Positions 54,651 to 64,000 of a stretch of DNA of 64,000 nt are shown piece by piece. The number at the start of each line of letters is the position of its first letter. Position 1 is the stretch's first letter. This stretch comes from Mayamaea pseudoterrestris. Its lineage: Eukaryota. Position numbers and translations under genes: made by a program. The notes beneath the pieces were generated by a model. The model saw only the letters and a list, made by a program, of their open reading frames with translations. It made no database searches and was not told where the DNA came from. The stretch lies in contig BROI01000007.1 in NCBI GenBank assembly GCA_027923505.1, positions 434,001-498,000 of the forward strand, written 5' to 3'.

Positions 54651-57647
54651 TCAATCTTCCGAGCTGCCATCGTCGCGGTCAAAGACTCGAACAACTCCAG
54701 CTTGTGCCACACTGCCGTCAAACATTGCCGACGGTGCTCCGCCCGCGACACGAAGACCATCCCCCGACAGTGCTACAGCAGAGCCAAAGTTGTCATTGGT
54801 GAGCCCTTCGAGCGACAGCCCCTCCGTGGTCCAGGCGCCACTCGGCTTGTCATACTTGTAGACGTCAATCTGTCCCGTCCCATAGTCGGCATGACCCGAG
54901 CCGACGGCCATGACACTTCCATTCTTCGACAATGCAACTGCCATCCCATACGCGTCAGCTGGCGCCTGACCAAGGAAAGCATGACTATCCTCCATCCAAG
55001 CGCCGGCCTGCAACCGAAAGACTCTGACCAGCCCGGATACAAATGCAGTGCCAGACGCACCAACGGCGAGTACCTTGCCATCTTCCGACAAGGCAACAGA
55101 CTCACCACATCGACCAAGATTGGTCAATCCTACGATGTCAACGCCATTTTGCTCCCACACAGACCCGTTCCAATCAAAGACTCGAACAAGGCCTTTCTCG
55201 TTGTCGCTCGAGGGCGCTCCAGCAACCAATCGAAAGGTCATCCCGATCATCTGAACCGTCACTGACCACCCAAAAAGCTCATTGGCGGACAATCCAGTAA
55301 TGTCCTCGCCGAGCTGAACCCAGGCTCCCGCCGAAGTACGCTGGAACGCGCGAACAAAGCCACTCTTTAAGCCAACATTTGTATCCGACAAAGGAGCAGA
55401 CGCGACCAGTACGCTGCCATCGGAAGTAAGTGCAACTGCATGACCGAACCAGGACTCGCTTTCTAGATCCGTGCCGATGGAAAAGTTCTGGCTGAGCGAC
55501 CAACCTTTGTCTTGTACATCATACACTTCAACGATCCCGCTTCCGACTTGACTCTGGCCAACAGCAAATCGATTACCATCCTTGGAAGTGGTAACGGCCA
55601 TTTGCGCGCCGGTACTCGTCTGCTTTCCTGTTATCTCGCCATTCTTGTGCCATTCGGATCCGTTCACGCCAGCGACTTGGTCGAATATGCGGACTTGACC
55701 GACAGTGCTTTGCGTGGCCTCGTCGTCAAATCCTGGAACAGCCACAACGAGTCGGCGTCCATCGCTCGTCATATCCAAGGATTGACCAAAAAAGACTTGA
55801 GGTGCCTCATGCGAGCCATAAAGCGTTGGGCCAACTTGGACCCAGCCAAGCGACGGTGGAGCAGCTGGTGTGGTAGCGAAACCCAAGATGGCACCAATGA
55901 TGAGAGCAACGGCGCAACAGCTGAAGCAAAACATACCCCTCTGATACATGCGAAGACGCTTAATGACCTTGGGGTCGAGTGCCTCGTCGTCTTCCTCCGT
56001 CAAAACGTTACCATCAACCACCACTTGGAGTTCAGCGTCGAGAGCACTTTCCATGGCTTGCGCGTCAGGGTCAACGTAGAAAACGTCGTCATATCCACTC
56101 TCAACGTCATGCATGTAGGGACGATTCTGGTCGGTGATGCTAAACTCGTCGTCCGAAAGGTCATCGTCATTGGAAGCGTTCATTCCTTCAATCGCGTACG
56201 CTCCAACATGAGGTTCTTCCGCAGCAGGTGGCACCATAATCGATGGACTGAATGCGGCAGACGTAACCGTCGAGAACTCCGCTGGAGCAAGACTTGGACC
56301 ATTATCCACCATGGAGCGCTGCTTTGCCTCTTCGCGAGCAGGTGCATTCGAGCTAGCAAATGCGCCGGGAGAACTCGTGGTAGCTACTGCAGCCAACGAG
56401 ATGGACGATGGCGGATGCGAAACAATAGCTCCACTGACCATTGGCGCCAAAGACGGGCCATCGTTGCGCTCTGCTGCCATTTTCTGCGCTTCCTTGTCCA
56501 CGCGAGACGAGGCAGTTTGTGATGGAACTGACCGAGCCAAACCAGCGGCGCGAGCCGATTCGCGCGCCCGCGCCTTGGAGCTTTCATCGGCGCTCATCAT
56601 TCGACTGTCACCAATGGAGCTGACTCGCTGCTGACTCGATTGAACGGAGGCCAGTGCAACCTTGGAGTCGCTGGGAGCAATCTTCTTGCTCGCGCCAGCA
56701 GCCATGGACGCTGCAGCTCGCTCACGCTCCATCTTTTCGCGCTGCTTGGCCGACATCATGCTAGCATCTCCACCGCTGCTAGCCATACCGTCAGTCTTGA
56801 CGTCTTGGAACGATCCTGCAGCGAGCGACGGTCCATCACTGAGCTTGGGCGCTTCCTTCCATGACGACAACTCGATCTGATCGCCATGCGCCGCTGATCC
56901 AGATATGGCCATTGGAAGACGAGCAGTAGCAGCAGCAGCAGCAGCTCCCGTCGTATCCACCGCAGAGGCCCGAGACATCGACTTGATGCGGTGCTCCTCC
57001 TTGGCCAAGTCGCGGGCGACTTGGAACGAGGCGATTTCGTCTTTGCTTTCGTTGCTGTTGCTCCGAGACGGACGACCTGAAGGCATGGCAATGCCAATCG
57101 CAATGACTCCACCAACGGCGTCATCCTCATCATCGACATTGCTGCTTGACTCGTCACGGTGCATGCGGGAGTTCTTGTCGTTGTTGTTGTCGTCGTCATC
57201 CATTTCCTCGCGGAGTCGAGCGTGTTGGTGGACAAGGCGGTTCTGTTGCGAAAGGAGTTCGTCCTTGCTGATGCGACGGGGACGCCAAAATGTACCGCGC
57301 GCTGACTTGGGAGATGTTGGAGAAGGACTTGTCGCCGTAGAATCGGGAGAAGTTACCGAGTTGGAGAGAGAAGTTGCATTGGATGAAGGCGATGATGTTG
57401 CCTTCGACGGAGTCATCTTCGGTTGAGTAACCAGCTGCAAGAGCGACATGCCAGACATGGAGGGTGTCTTCTTAGCTGGCGTCGTGCTGTTGGAGCTGTT
57501 GATGGAATAAACTCCCGTTGAAACAGACGACGGTATTTCCGTGCCTTCTTTGTTGTTGTTCGATGAAGAGCGGGGGTGCGGCTGCTCGCTGGCGCTGCTG
57601 TGAGCAAGAGGGTTGGACGAGGGATTCTTGGCGCTTCGCGAGTTCAT
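54651..57647 (-). CDS. Single-pass membrane protein with a C-terminal FG-GAP-like beta-propeller
   Basis: Long disordered N-terminus with PGAFA/VGAYA motifs, TM (CCAVALIIGAILGFA), and ~7 repeats of FG.SVALS.DG..LAVGAP.....G.VRVF. Confidence 0.88.
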   Translation of the reverse strand: MNSRSAKNPSSNPLAHSSASEQPHPRSSSNNNKEGTEIPSSVSTGVYSINSSNSTTPAKKTPSMSGMSLLQLVTQPKMTPSKATSSPSSNATSLSNSVTSPDSTATSPSPTSPKSARGTFWRPRRISKDELLSQQNRLVHQHARLREEMDDDDNNNDKNSRMHRDESSSNVDDEDDAVGGVIAIGIAMPSGRPSRSNSNESKDEIASFQVARDLAKEEHRIKSMSRASAVDTTGAAAAAATARLPMAISGSAAHGDQIELSSWKEAPKLSDGPSLAAGSFQDVKTDGMASSGGDASMMSAKQREKMERERAAASMAAGASKKIAPSDSKVALASVQSSQQRVSSIGDSRMMSADESSKARARESARAAGLARSVPSQTASSRVDKEAQKMAAERNDGPSLAPMVSGAIVSHPPSSISLAAVATTSSPGAFASSNAPAREEAKQRSMVDNGPSLAPAEFSTVTSAAFSPSIMVPPAAEEPHVGAYAIEGMNASNDDDLSDDEFSITDQNRPYMHDVESGYDDVFYVDPDAQAMESALDAELQVVVDGNVLTEEDDEALDPKVIKRLRMYQRGMFCFSCCAVALIIGAILGFATTPAAPPSLGWVQVGPTLYGSHEAPQVFFGQSLDMTSDGRRLVVAVPGFDDEATQSTVGQVRIFDQVAGVNGSEWHKNGEITGKQTSTGAQMAVTTSKDGNRFAVGQSQVGSGIVEVYDVQDKGWSLSQNFSIGTDLESESWFGHAVALTSDGSVLVASAPLSDTNVGLKSGFVRAFQRTSAGAWVQLGEDITGLSANELFGWSVTVQMIGMTFRLVAGAPSSDNEKGLVRVFDWNGSVWEQNGVDIVGLTNLGRCGESVALSEDGKVLAVGASGTAFVSGLVRVFRLQAGAWMEDSHAFLGQAPADAYGMAVALSKNGSVMAVGSGHADYGTGQIDVYKYDKPSGAWTTEGLSLEGLTNDNFGSAVALSGDGLRVAGGAPSAMFDGSVAQAGVVRVFDRDDGSSED

Positions 57648-59051
57648 GATTGTTGTATACGGTCGCTTACTATTGTCGATCAAGCGGAAGAGTCTATGGT
57701 GCACCTCCCGTTTGTTTTTTGTGAAGCGAAAGTGGTTGGAGAGACGGACGTAGCGGAACGCTTATCCCTCCCTGTTCTTTCCGCGAAGCGAATCAAGCGA
57801 AGCTTGAACCGGAACGTTGCGTACCACTCATTGATTCGTGGGCAATATTGGAATTGATCAGGCATAAGTACTAATGACTCCAAAAATATCACGCACGACC
57901 AAACTTCACCGGTACGCGGATCGAGGACTCCCACAAACGACCCAAGACTCTCGGGAGAGCCTATCATACCGTAGATTCTGCTCATCAGCTCCAAGCTACA
58001 ATAGCTATCGTAACTTGCACCGGTACTTGTAGGGAGGTCCCGACTAAATTAATGTGCCAGGGTTTCAGCACGGCACAGACGATGTTTGATTGTATTTGTA
58101 AGTTAAAGACGTCTGACCTTAGCGACCGACGATTGAAGACAGACGAGTGCGACGATCGGCACTACATCAGCATGCATAAAAGCACTAGAGGCAATTGATT
58201 ACCTACTTAAAAATTCTTCGGCCGCCTATTCCGTAGAATTGATGGTCTTACAGCTCCCGTCATTACTTTTGTCAACGACGCCGGAGTCGGCAAGCGTTTA
58301 ATGTCGAAGGGTACCGTGACGCAATTGTCACATCGTCCACCTGATCCGGCGCTGTCGGACGAGATGTCGCTGTCGCTACTGTTACTACTTTCAAAATAAT
58401 CATCAACTTTTCTTTCGGCGATCGTATTCGTGTATAAGGATCGACCCTTACCGTGGAGCTGGGAGTGTTGCCATTTGCCATGGGATGCTGATGTCTGAGA
58501 TGCTCATGCGTCTTGGCGCCTGCCAATTTGAAAACGCCTGGTCAAGTTAAGAAGCTTTGGAATGGAAATGGAGGGTAATGAATTCCTCGTCGACGCAAAG
58601 GGGTTGGCGGGTTGGCCAAAGCCGCGACGACGCGTTGTTGATGTTTTTATGTCGATCGTGTTTCATGTGCTTTCGGCCCTGCCCGCAATCAATTGGTCCA
58701 GCGTAATAGGCCCTTGTGCGGATTATTAATTAGGCCCGCCTGATTTTAGGCAATAGTAAAAGTGACGCCACAGGTCACCTGTGAAGTGGAACATGAGTAC
58801 TATATATTCTATAGTAAAACCATACATGGCGCACTGGATCACGTTAATTGAGATGCCCGCGCGGTCCAACGGCCCTGCCCCAAGCCTGACAGTGAAACGC
58901 CGCCGTTTTTTTGAAACGATCAACTTTTGGTGGGATCGACTCGCTACGAAGCGCGAATGCACGGGCTCTCGATCGACCTCCATTTGCACGTTGCTCACTT
59001 TCGTGAGTTCTCATTCACATCTATCCTTGTCCTCTTCTCCTTCGTATAATC

Positions 59052-59537
59052 ATGTTGCCAGTGGGAAACTTCGACCAGCTTACCAACCCAGCCATGGCTA
59101 GCGCCTCACCAATCTTGCTGTCTACGCACCAATCAGCGCCGGACAAACTGTTGGTTGACAACAGCTTGGCATCGCTCTTGAACCCATCGGCATCCACGTC
59201 CTCGTCAAACTCCAAGTACCCTCCCGGGCAGCAACTCCTTTCAGATGATGAGCGAAAGGAGCAATTTGAAATGTTTCTCGGTATTCTTATCAAGTATTTG
59301 GGAAAGAAAGACCCGGTCTTACAAGAGCGAGCCAAGGAAATTGTCCAAGAGTGCCAAGCAGCCTACAGCAAGAGCGGCATTCAAAGCAAGAATGGAATCG
59401 TCCTCTACCTTCGAATCCAGTCGCGTCTACAAGAAATTGTTACAGTCAAGCAGTGGAAGCGAGCGCAAATGTACTTGCAGATTCATCTCAAAAATAAGCG
59501 CGAACGTGCAGCGGCGAAGACGCAGCAGCGAGTTTGA
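59052..59537 (+). CDS. Hypothetical protein with a small helical domain
   Basis: 161-aa ORF containing EQFEMFLGILIKYL..KD......AK.IV.EC...LQEIV...QWKRA..Y, an amphipathic helical pattern of a kind seen in diatom hypotheticals. Confidence 0.7.
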   Translation: MLPVGNFDQLTNPAMASASPILLSTHQSAPDKLLVDNSLASLLNPSASTSSSNSKYPPGQQLLSDDERKEQFEMFLGILIKYLGKKDPVLQERAKEIVQECQAAYSKSGIQSKNGIVLYLRIQSRLQEIVTVKQWKRAQMYLQIHLKNKRERAAAKTQQRV

Positions 59538-60402
59538 GGTGGATGGCTTGTGATGTCGGGCTTCACTTGCGAGCAATTGGGATGTAGCGTTTTAAAAGAA
59601 ATTATATCATGACTCAAAAATGTATTATTATCATTCCGGCATTATTGTAATGTTTAAAACAAATCTAGAAAAAGTTGTGGGCGACGGGCAGCGCGAGTAA
59701 AGCGTCATCAGAGAAAAGCCGATTGACTCGCATGGAGCCCATGACAAAACATCATCAACCTTCTTCCAGAGCTTTCTCCATTTTGAGGTGAATAAACATC
59801 AGAGACATGTGTGATGGGGTTCATCGATCATTGCTCCATGGTAGTCGGCATGTCGGAGGCAGCGTTACGGAAGCACGGGCGGGTCAAGCATTGCTACCGC
59901 AACGTCTGACAGAGTGGTTGTCCGTTAGGCTTAGCAAGAACTTGATATGCCTCAGGTCACGTTCGACGAGTGGAAAGTTCTCGGCTATAGCAGCAACGTT
60001 TCGATCGGTAAGGGGGCAATAGTTAAGGTTGATGGCGATCGTTCGCTGAGCGGGAGTGTCAGTCTTGCCACGATCGTGCGAAATTGCCAAGACAGACGAG
60101 CTATTCCAAGAAAGCCTACAGGGTGCATTTACAAAGCAAAGCATACTGGATCTCATACCTGCTTGGCACCGCACTTTTGGCATTAATGTAGTCATAGAGT
60201 GTGTCTGGATTCACATATCGTGGGTGTTGTGAATGGAGATTGGACTGTTAATGAACCGGTTGAGTAGCTACTGGATGCCAATTTTCTAGCCTTGGCAAGA
60301 ATGGCATGTGGACTCAACAAGTCTACAGCGAGTTGTTGCAACTTGCACTACGCTCGACGCCAATTAAATCAAAAATGTCAAAATTGTGCTACCGGTACGG
60401 CT

Positions 60403-61602
60403 TTACATAAACAACAATCCGGCAGGTAGTGCCTTCTGCGGACCATGCGGCTCTCCCATAGGAAGGTCGTTGCTGCAAGTGACATTCCTCGGCGGCGACT
60501 GACTTTCCTTCGCCAAATCCTGAAGCTTTCGTTCCAGGAAGCTAGAATTATCTCTTTCCGCCGTTTCCTCAAGTATTGTCTCCGACACGGAATGGCAGAC
60601 TGTATCATCGTCGTCTTCGCCAACTTCAGTTGCGTTGTCAATAGGATTCTCCTCTGTCCCATACTCTTCTTCATCCTTGCCTTCATCGCCAGCTCCATAC
60701 ACTTCGGCACGCAGTCTTTCCATATCCTCTGCTCTCCGTCGCAAGTCCTCGGCTTGCTGGGTCGTGCTCTTTTGAAAGAATAATCCGCGCTTCAAGCTCC
60801 GCTGTGTTCGCTCCAAAATTTCTTCAAACTTGGCGGCCTTGCCCAAATTACTAACCGTAACCCTCCGTTGATTCTTCACTTTGATATTATTGCGAACAGC
60901 ATTCGCAATTTGAGTTTGCGTAACGTCCCAATCCTTACGCAGCATCTCTTGGCGCACACTTCGTGGCAGGCACATTTCAAAGTGCCGTCGGCGTGGTGGA
61001 CGATTGTCTTCATATTGATCAACGGATACTACTTTTGTATTTGGATCATACTCCCACGATATGCTGTTGAAATTATGATGAATATGGAATTGAGTGCGCT
61101 ACACTTTATTAGAACAGAACGATAAACAAAATGGACCGCGTGCGCCGCGTACCTTATTGGAGCTGCGGTGCATGTACATTGAAATAGCAAAGGGGTGCAT
61201 GAGAAAGGTGTGACGTCGTCGCATCGCAAACACTCAAATTTAGAAATGTCACTTACGTCCACTGCTGCAGCTAGGATTGTCTCCTATCGTTCGATTGTAT
61301 TCTCGTATCTGTATATTTGCGAATTGAATTTTCCTCCGATCGACAGCCTTGTCGATTGGCGTTACTGCAACTTCAATCCTGGCCTTTTCCGGCTCCTCTA
61401 AATCTCCTCCTCGCTCCGACCCGTAATTTGAATGTACGCTTTCGTCGTGCGTCAAGTATTTCATGATTCCCTTGATGCGTCGCCTCCGCCCCCAGTCGGC
61501 AGGCAGCGAGAATCCGCGCGGCCGCTGCGGCTGTGTGGACAAGTTTGATGAACTGCATGTCGCGGTCGATCCTGATTTGGATCGTTGCTTCTTGGAAAAC
61601 AT
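60403..61602 (-). CDS. Hypothetical protein with KIQF...IREY..TIGDNPSC.SGPPISI.W domain; exons 61602-61257, 61162-61153, 61063-60403
   Basis: GT-AG splicing through a 10-nt exon gives RKIQFANIQIREYNRTIGDNPSCSSGPPISISWEYDPNTKVVSVDQYEDNRPPRR...LPRSVRQEML, in frame with the 60403-60975 ORF. Confidence 0.85.
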
Positions 61603-62231
61603 GGTATGCTTTCGTAATAAAATTCAAGTTGACCAAAAGTCGGACAAGGAAAAAACGGATTACAGAGTCGTTTAAAAGCACCTCAGTCAGTGAATGGGTC
61701 TATTCAACGGGCTAGTTGAGACTGCAGCCACCGATCAATTCGACTACCGTGTTGATGTAACAACAGATAGTTGAATCGTCTCGTCTGACTGTTCAGTACA
61801 ATCGATTTGCAACAGCTGTTCTGTTGTGCGCAGCGCCGCTACTATCGGCCTCACTCGATTGTCGCGCGCTGTCAAGTTCCGTTTCCAAGCCTGGAGGAAG
61901 GAATCCAAATGTTGTGTCTGAACGGGACTGAAAATTTAACGGAACCTGGAATCCGACTTGCACAATGACCCCGGTCGCGCTGGTGGATGCGTTGCGCGCC
62001 GCTTTGTGAAAAGCCGCCATTGGGAACGGTCAACAACTCCATCGCGAGTGACGAGCAGCCAAGCATTCAATTTCTTCCTTGACTGCGCTTTGCTACGAAC
62101 GAAAGAGTGCAGCTTGATTGTAATAGGATTCAATTTGCCCTTTACAGCAGCAAGCAAGCAATTACAATCTCGTCGACTCGCTGCAGCCACGAATTTTTCT
62201 CTCTTCGGTTGCAATCTTGTAAACATATACC

Positions 62232-64000
62232 ATGCGCATCCTCAACACGTTTACCAGTGCGGTTCTGCTTTGCCTCCTCCCCGCTGTCAGCGCAGTTGGC
62301 GGCAAGGTTGCTGCAACTGTTGCTGCTGCAGCAGCAAATAACAACAACAAACCCGCCGTCAAGGGTACCGTCTTGAAAGCCGAGACGGAGCAAAAGCTCA
62401 AGCAAGGCCAGCGCCTTTCACGGCGTGAACGCAAGGAGGTTGTTCAGGCTGAAAAGACAAAGTACATTGAGCTCCGTCAAGCCGGCCAAGATGAGGTCTC
62501 CAACACGGAGGAAGCTGCCGCCCTCCGCAACTACCGTCTTCGTAACAAGAAGCGCAAGGGCCTTATTCGCAGGCGACAAGCCTCCTTGGCGGATGTATTA
62601 TTTCCTGGAGTTGCTCCAGTCGAGTACAGACAAGGCGAGCCGATTTGGATTTACGCTGATTTGGTGGAAAGTCGCAAGACGCCCATTCCCTACGAGTTTT
62701 ATGACTTGCCAGGATGTGGAGTTCCGCCCGAGAATGAAGCCTTGAAGCGCATGCGAAAGCGCAAGAATCTTGGCATGCGTCTGCAGGGACACGATCCAAA
62801 GGTTGCGCCATTTTCAAGCATTCGCGTGTTGGAGGACCGTGGGTGTACTCCCATTTGCAAGGTGGAGCTTGACAACAAGAAGCTTCGCTGGATGCGGCGG
62901 CTCGTCCAGAGACAGTATCGCGTTCAAATGACGTTGGATACGCTTCCGGTGCTTATGCGAAGTAAGGCTTACAATTATGCTGTTCGCGGATATCCAATTG
63001 GTTTTCAAGCGCCGGCGTCTTTTGAAGAACTCAAGAGCGGAGAGCTTTACGTTTTTAACCACTTGAAGTTTATCATTACATACAACAGGGAGCAAAGTGC
63101 CGAGGGCGTTCGCATTACTGGATTTGACGTTCATCCCATTTCGGTCCGCCACGAGTTTGAGGCTGGAGCTCAAATTAACGAAAAATCATCTATTGCTTCA
63201 TGTGGCGGTTTGGACGTTGAGAACGACCCGAGCAAGTATCTGCTGTTGAAGAGCGAGGGTGCCGCACCGCTCTCCATTGTTTACAGTTACGAGGTGGAAT
63301 GGGAGGAATCTCAGTTGCCTTGGAGCGATCGTTGGGATGTGTACTTGGTTGGTAAGCGAATAACTCGTACGCTTTTGTCTCAGAAGGTTGTCTTTGCTCA
63401 TTGAATTTCTTTCGCCATTCTTTTCGCAGGAGCACCGGACGATGACTTGCACTACTTTAGCATTGTCAACAGTCTCATGATTGTGCTGTTTCTGACAGGA
63501 GCGATTAGTACCATTATGATTCGCACGCTGCGCAAGGATATCGCCGTCTACAATGAAATGGATGCCTTTGATGACGGAGCCGAGGAAAGTGGTTGGAAGC
63601 TTGTTCATGGAGATGTCTTTCGTCCGCCGCAGCATGGTGTCATGGTCTTGTCCATTTTGGTAGGAACGGGATGCCAGCTTGGTGTCTCCTTTGGACTTGC
63701 AATGCTTGCCGCCATGTTGCATTTGGTCAACCCCATTCAAAAGGGACAAACTTTGACGGCACTTCTCATTCTTTACGTTCTCTGCGGATCTGTTGCCGGT
63801 TATGTCAGCAGCCGTCTGTACAAGTTCATGGACGGATCGGCTTGGAAGCTCAACGCCATTTTGACGGCTGCTGGTTTGCCTGGATCCATGGTCGCTGTCT
63901 TTTGCGTCTTAAACATGTTTTTGGGCTTTGCAAACGCCGCGACACATGTCAGTGTCTTGACGGTTATTGCCTTGTTCCTTCTTTGGGTCTGCGTTTCGTC
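62232..64000 (+). CDS. TM9SF: Transmembrane 9 superfamily (nonaspanin/EMP70) protein, 3' end outside the window; intron 63352-63429
   Basis: Signal peptide, IPYEFYDLPGC, YSYEVEWEES..WSDRWDVYL, and after splicing LHYFSIVNSLMIVLFL...RTLRKDI..YN...EESGWKLVHGDVFRPP. Confidence 0.95.

Noticed and set aside
57700..59000. Short ORFs in the intergenic region; likewise 59807-60195 and 45199-46231
   Set aside because: No recognisable motifs, and they overlap in conflicting frames, consistent with chance ORFs.
1..64000. tRNA, rRNA or telomeric repeats
   Set aside because: None recognised by eye; tRNAscan-SE and Infernal were not run.

Overview
Eukaryotic nuclear DNA, very probably from a diatom. This rests on compact genes with short GT-AG introns, a CoDi-type Ty1/copia element and diatom-type LRR and hypothetical families; the species cannot be read from the sequence. 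The window has two parts. The first (1-16 kb) is a repeat block: an intact copia pol with a probable 3' LTR, a ~9.45 kb array of ~55 copies of a palindrome-rich 169-bp satellite, a 180-bp tandem repeat, a candidate solo LTR and a decayed Pro/Ser-repeat gene. The satellite shows 3-mer and 4-mer higher-order duplications and one internal interruption, and the old repeats show CpG-decay signatures. This block is a candidate centromeric or subtelomeric heterochromatin edge. The second part (16-64 kb) is gene-dense: two fucosyltransferase-like genes around COPB2, a PHD-SET methyltransferase, a YqeH-like GTPase, DPH6, MRPL12, NOC4, two LRR proteins, CBS, PP2C, MFAP1, an FG-GAP protein, TM9SF and several hypotheticals. 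The best leads are the satellite block, three clustered small genes sharing only an FPxIxW-acidic motif, a phased 42-bp repeat in the DPH6/MRPL12 divergent promoter, and two RVxF-GDxPSC proteins, one needing a 10-nt micro-exon. No database searches were run; all calls come from motif recognition by eye.
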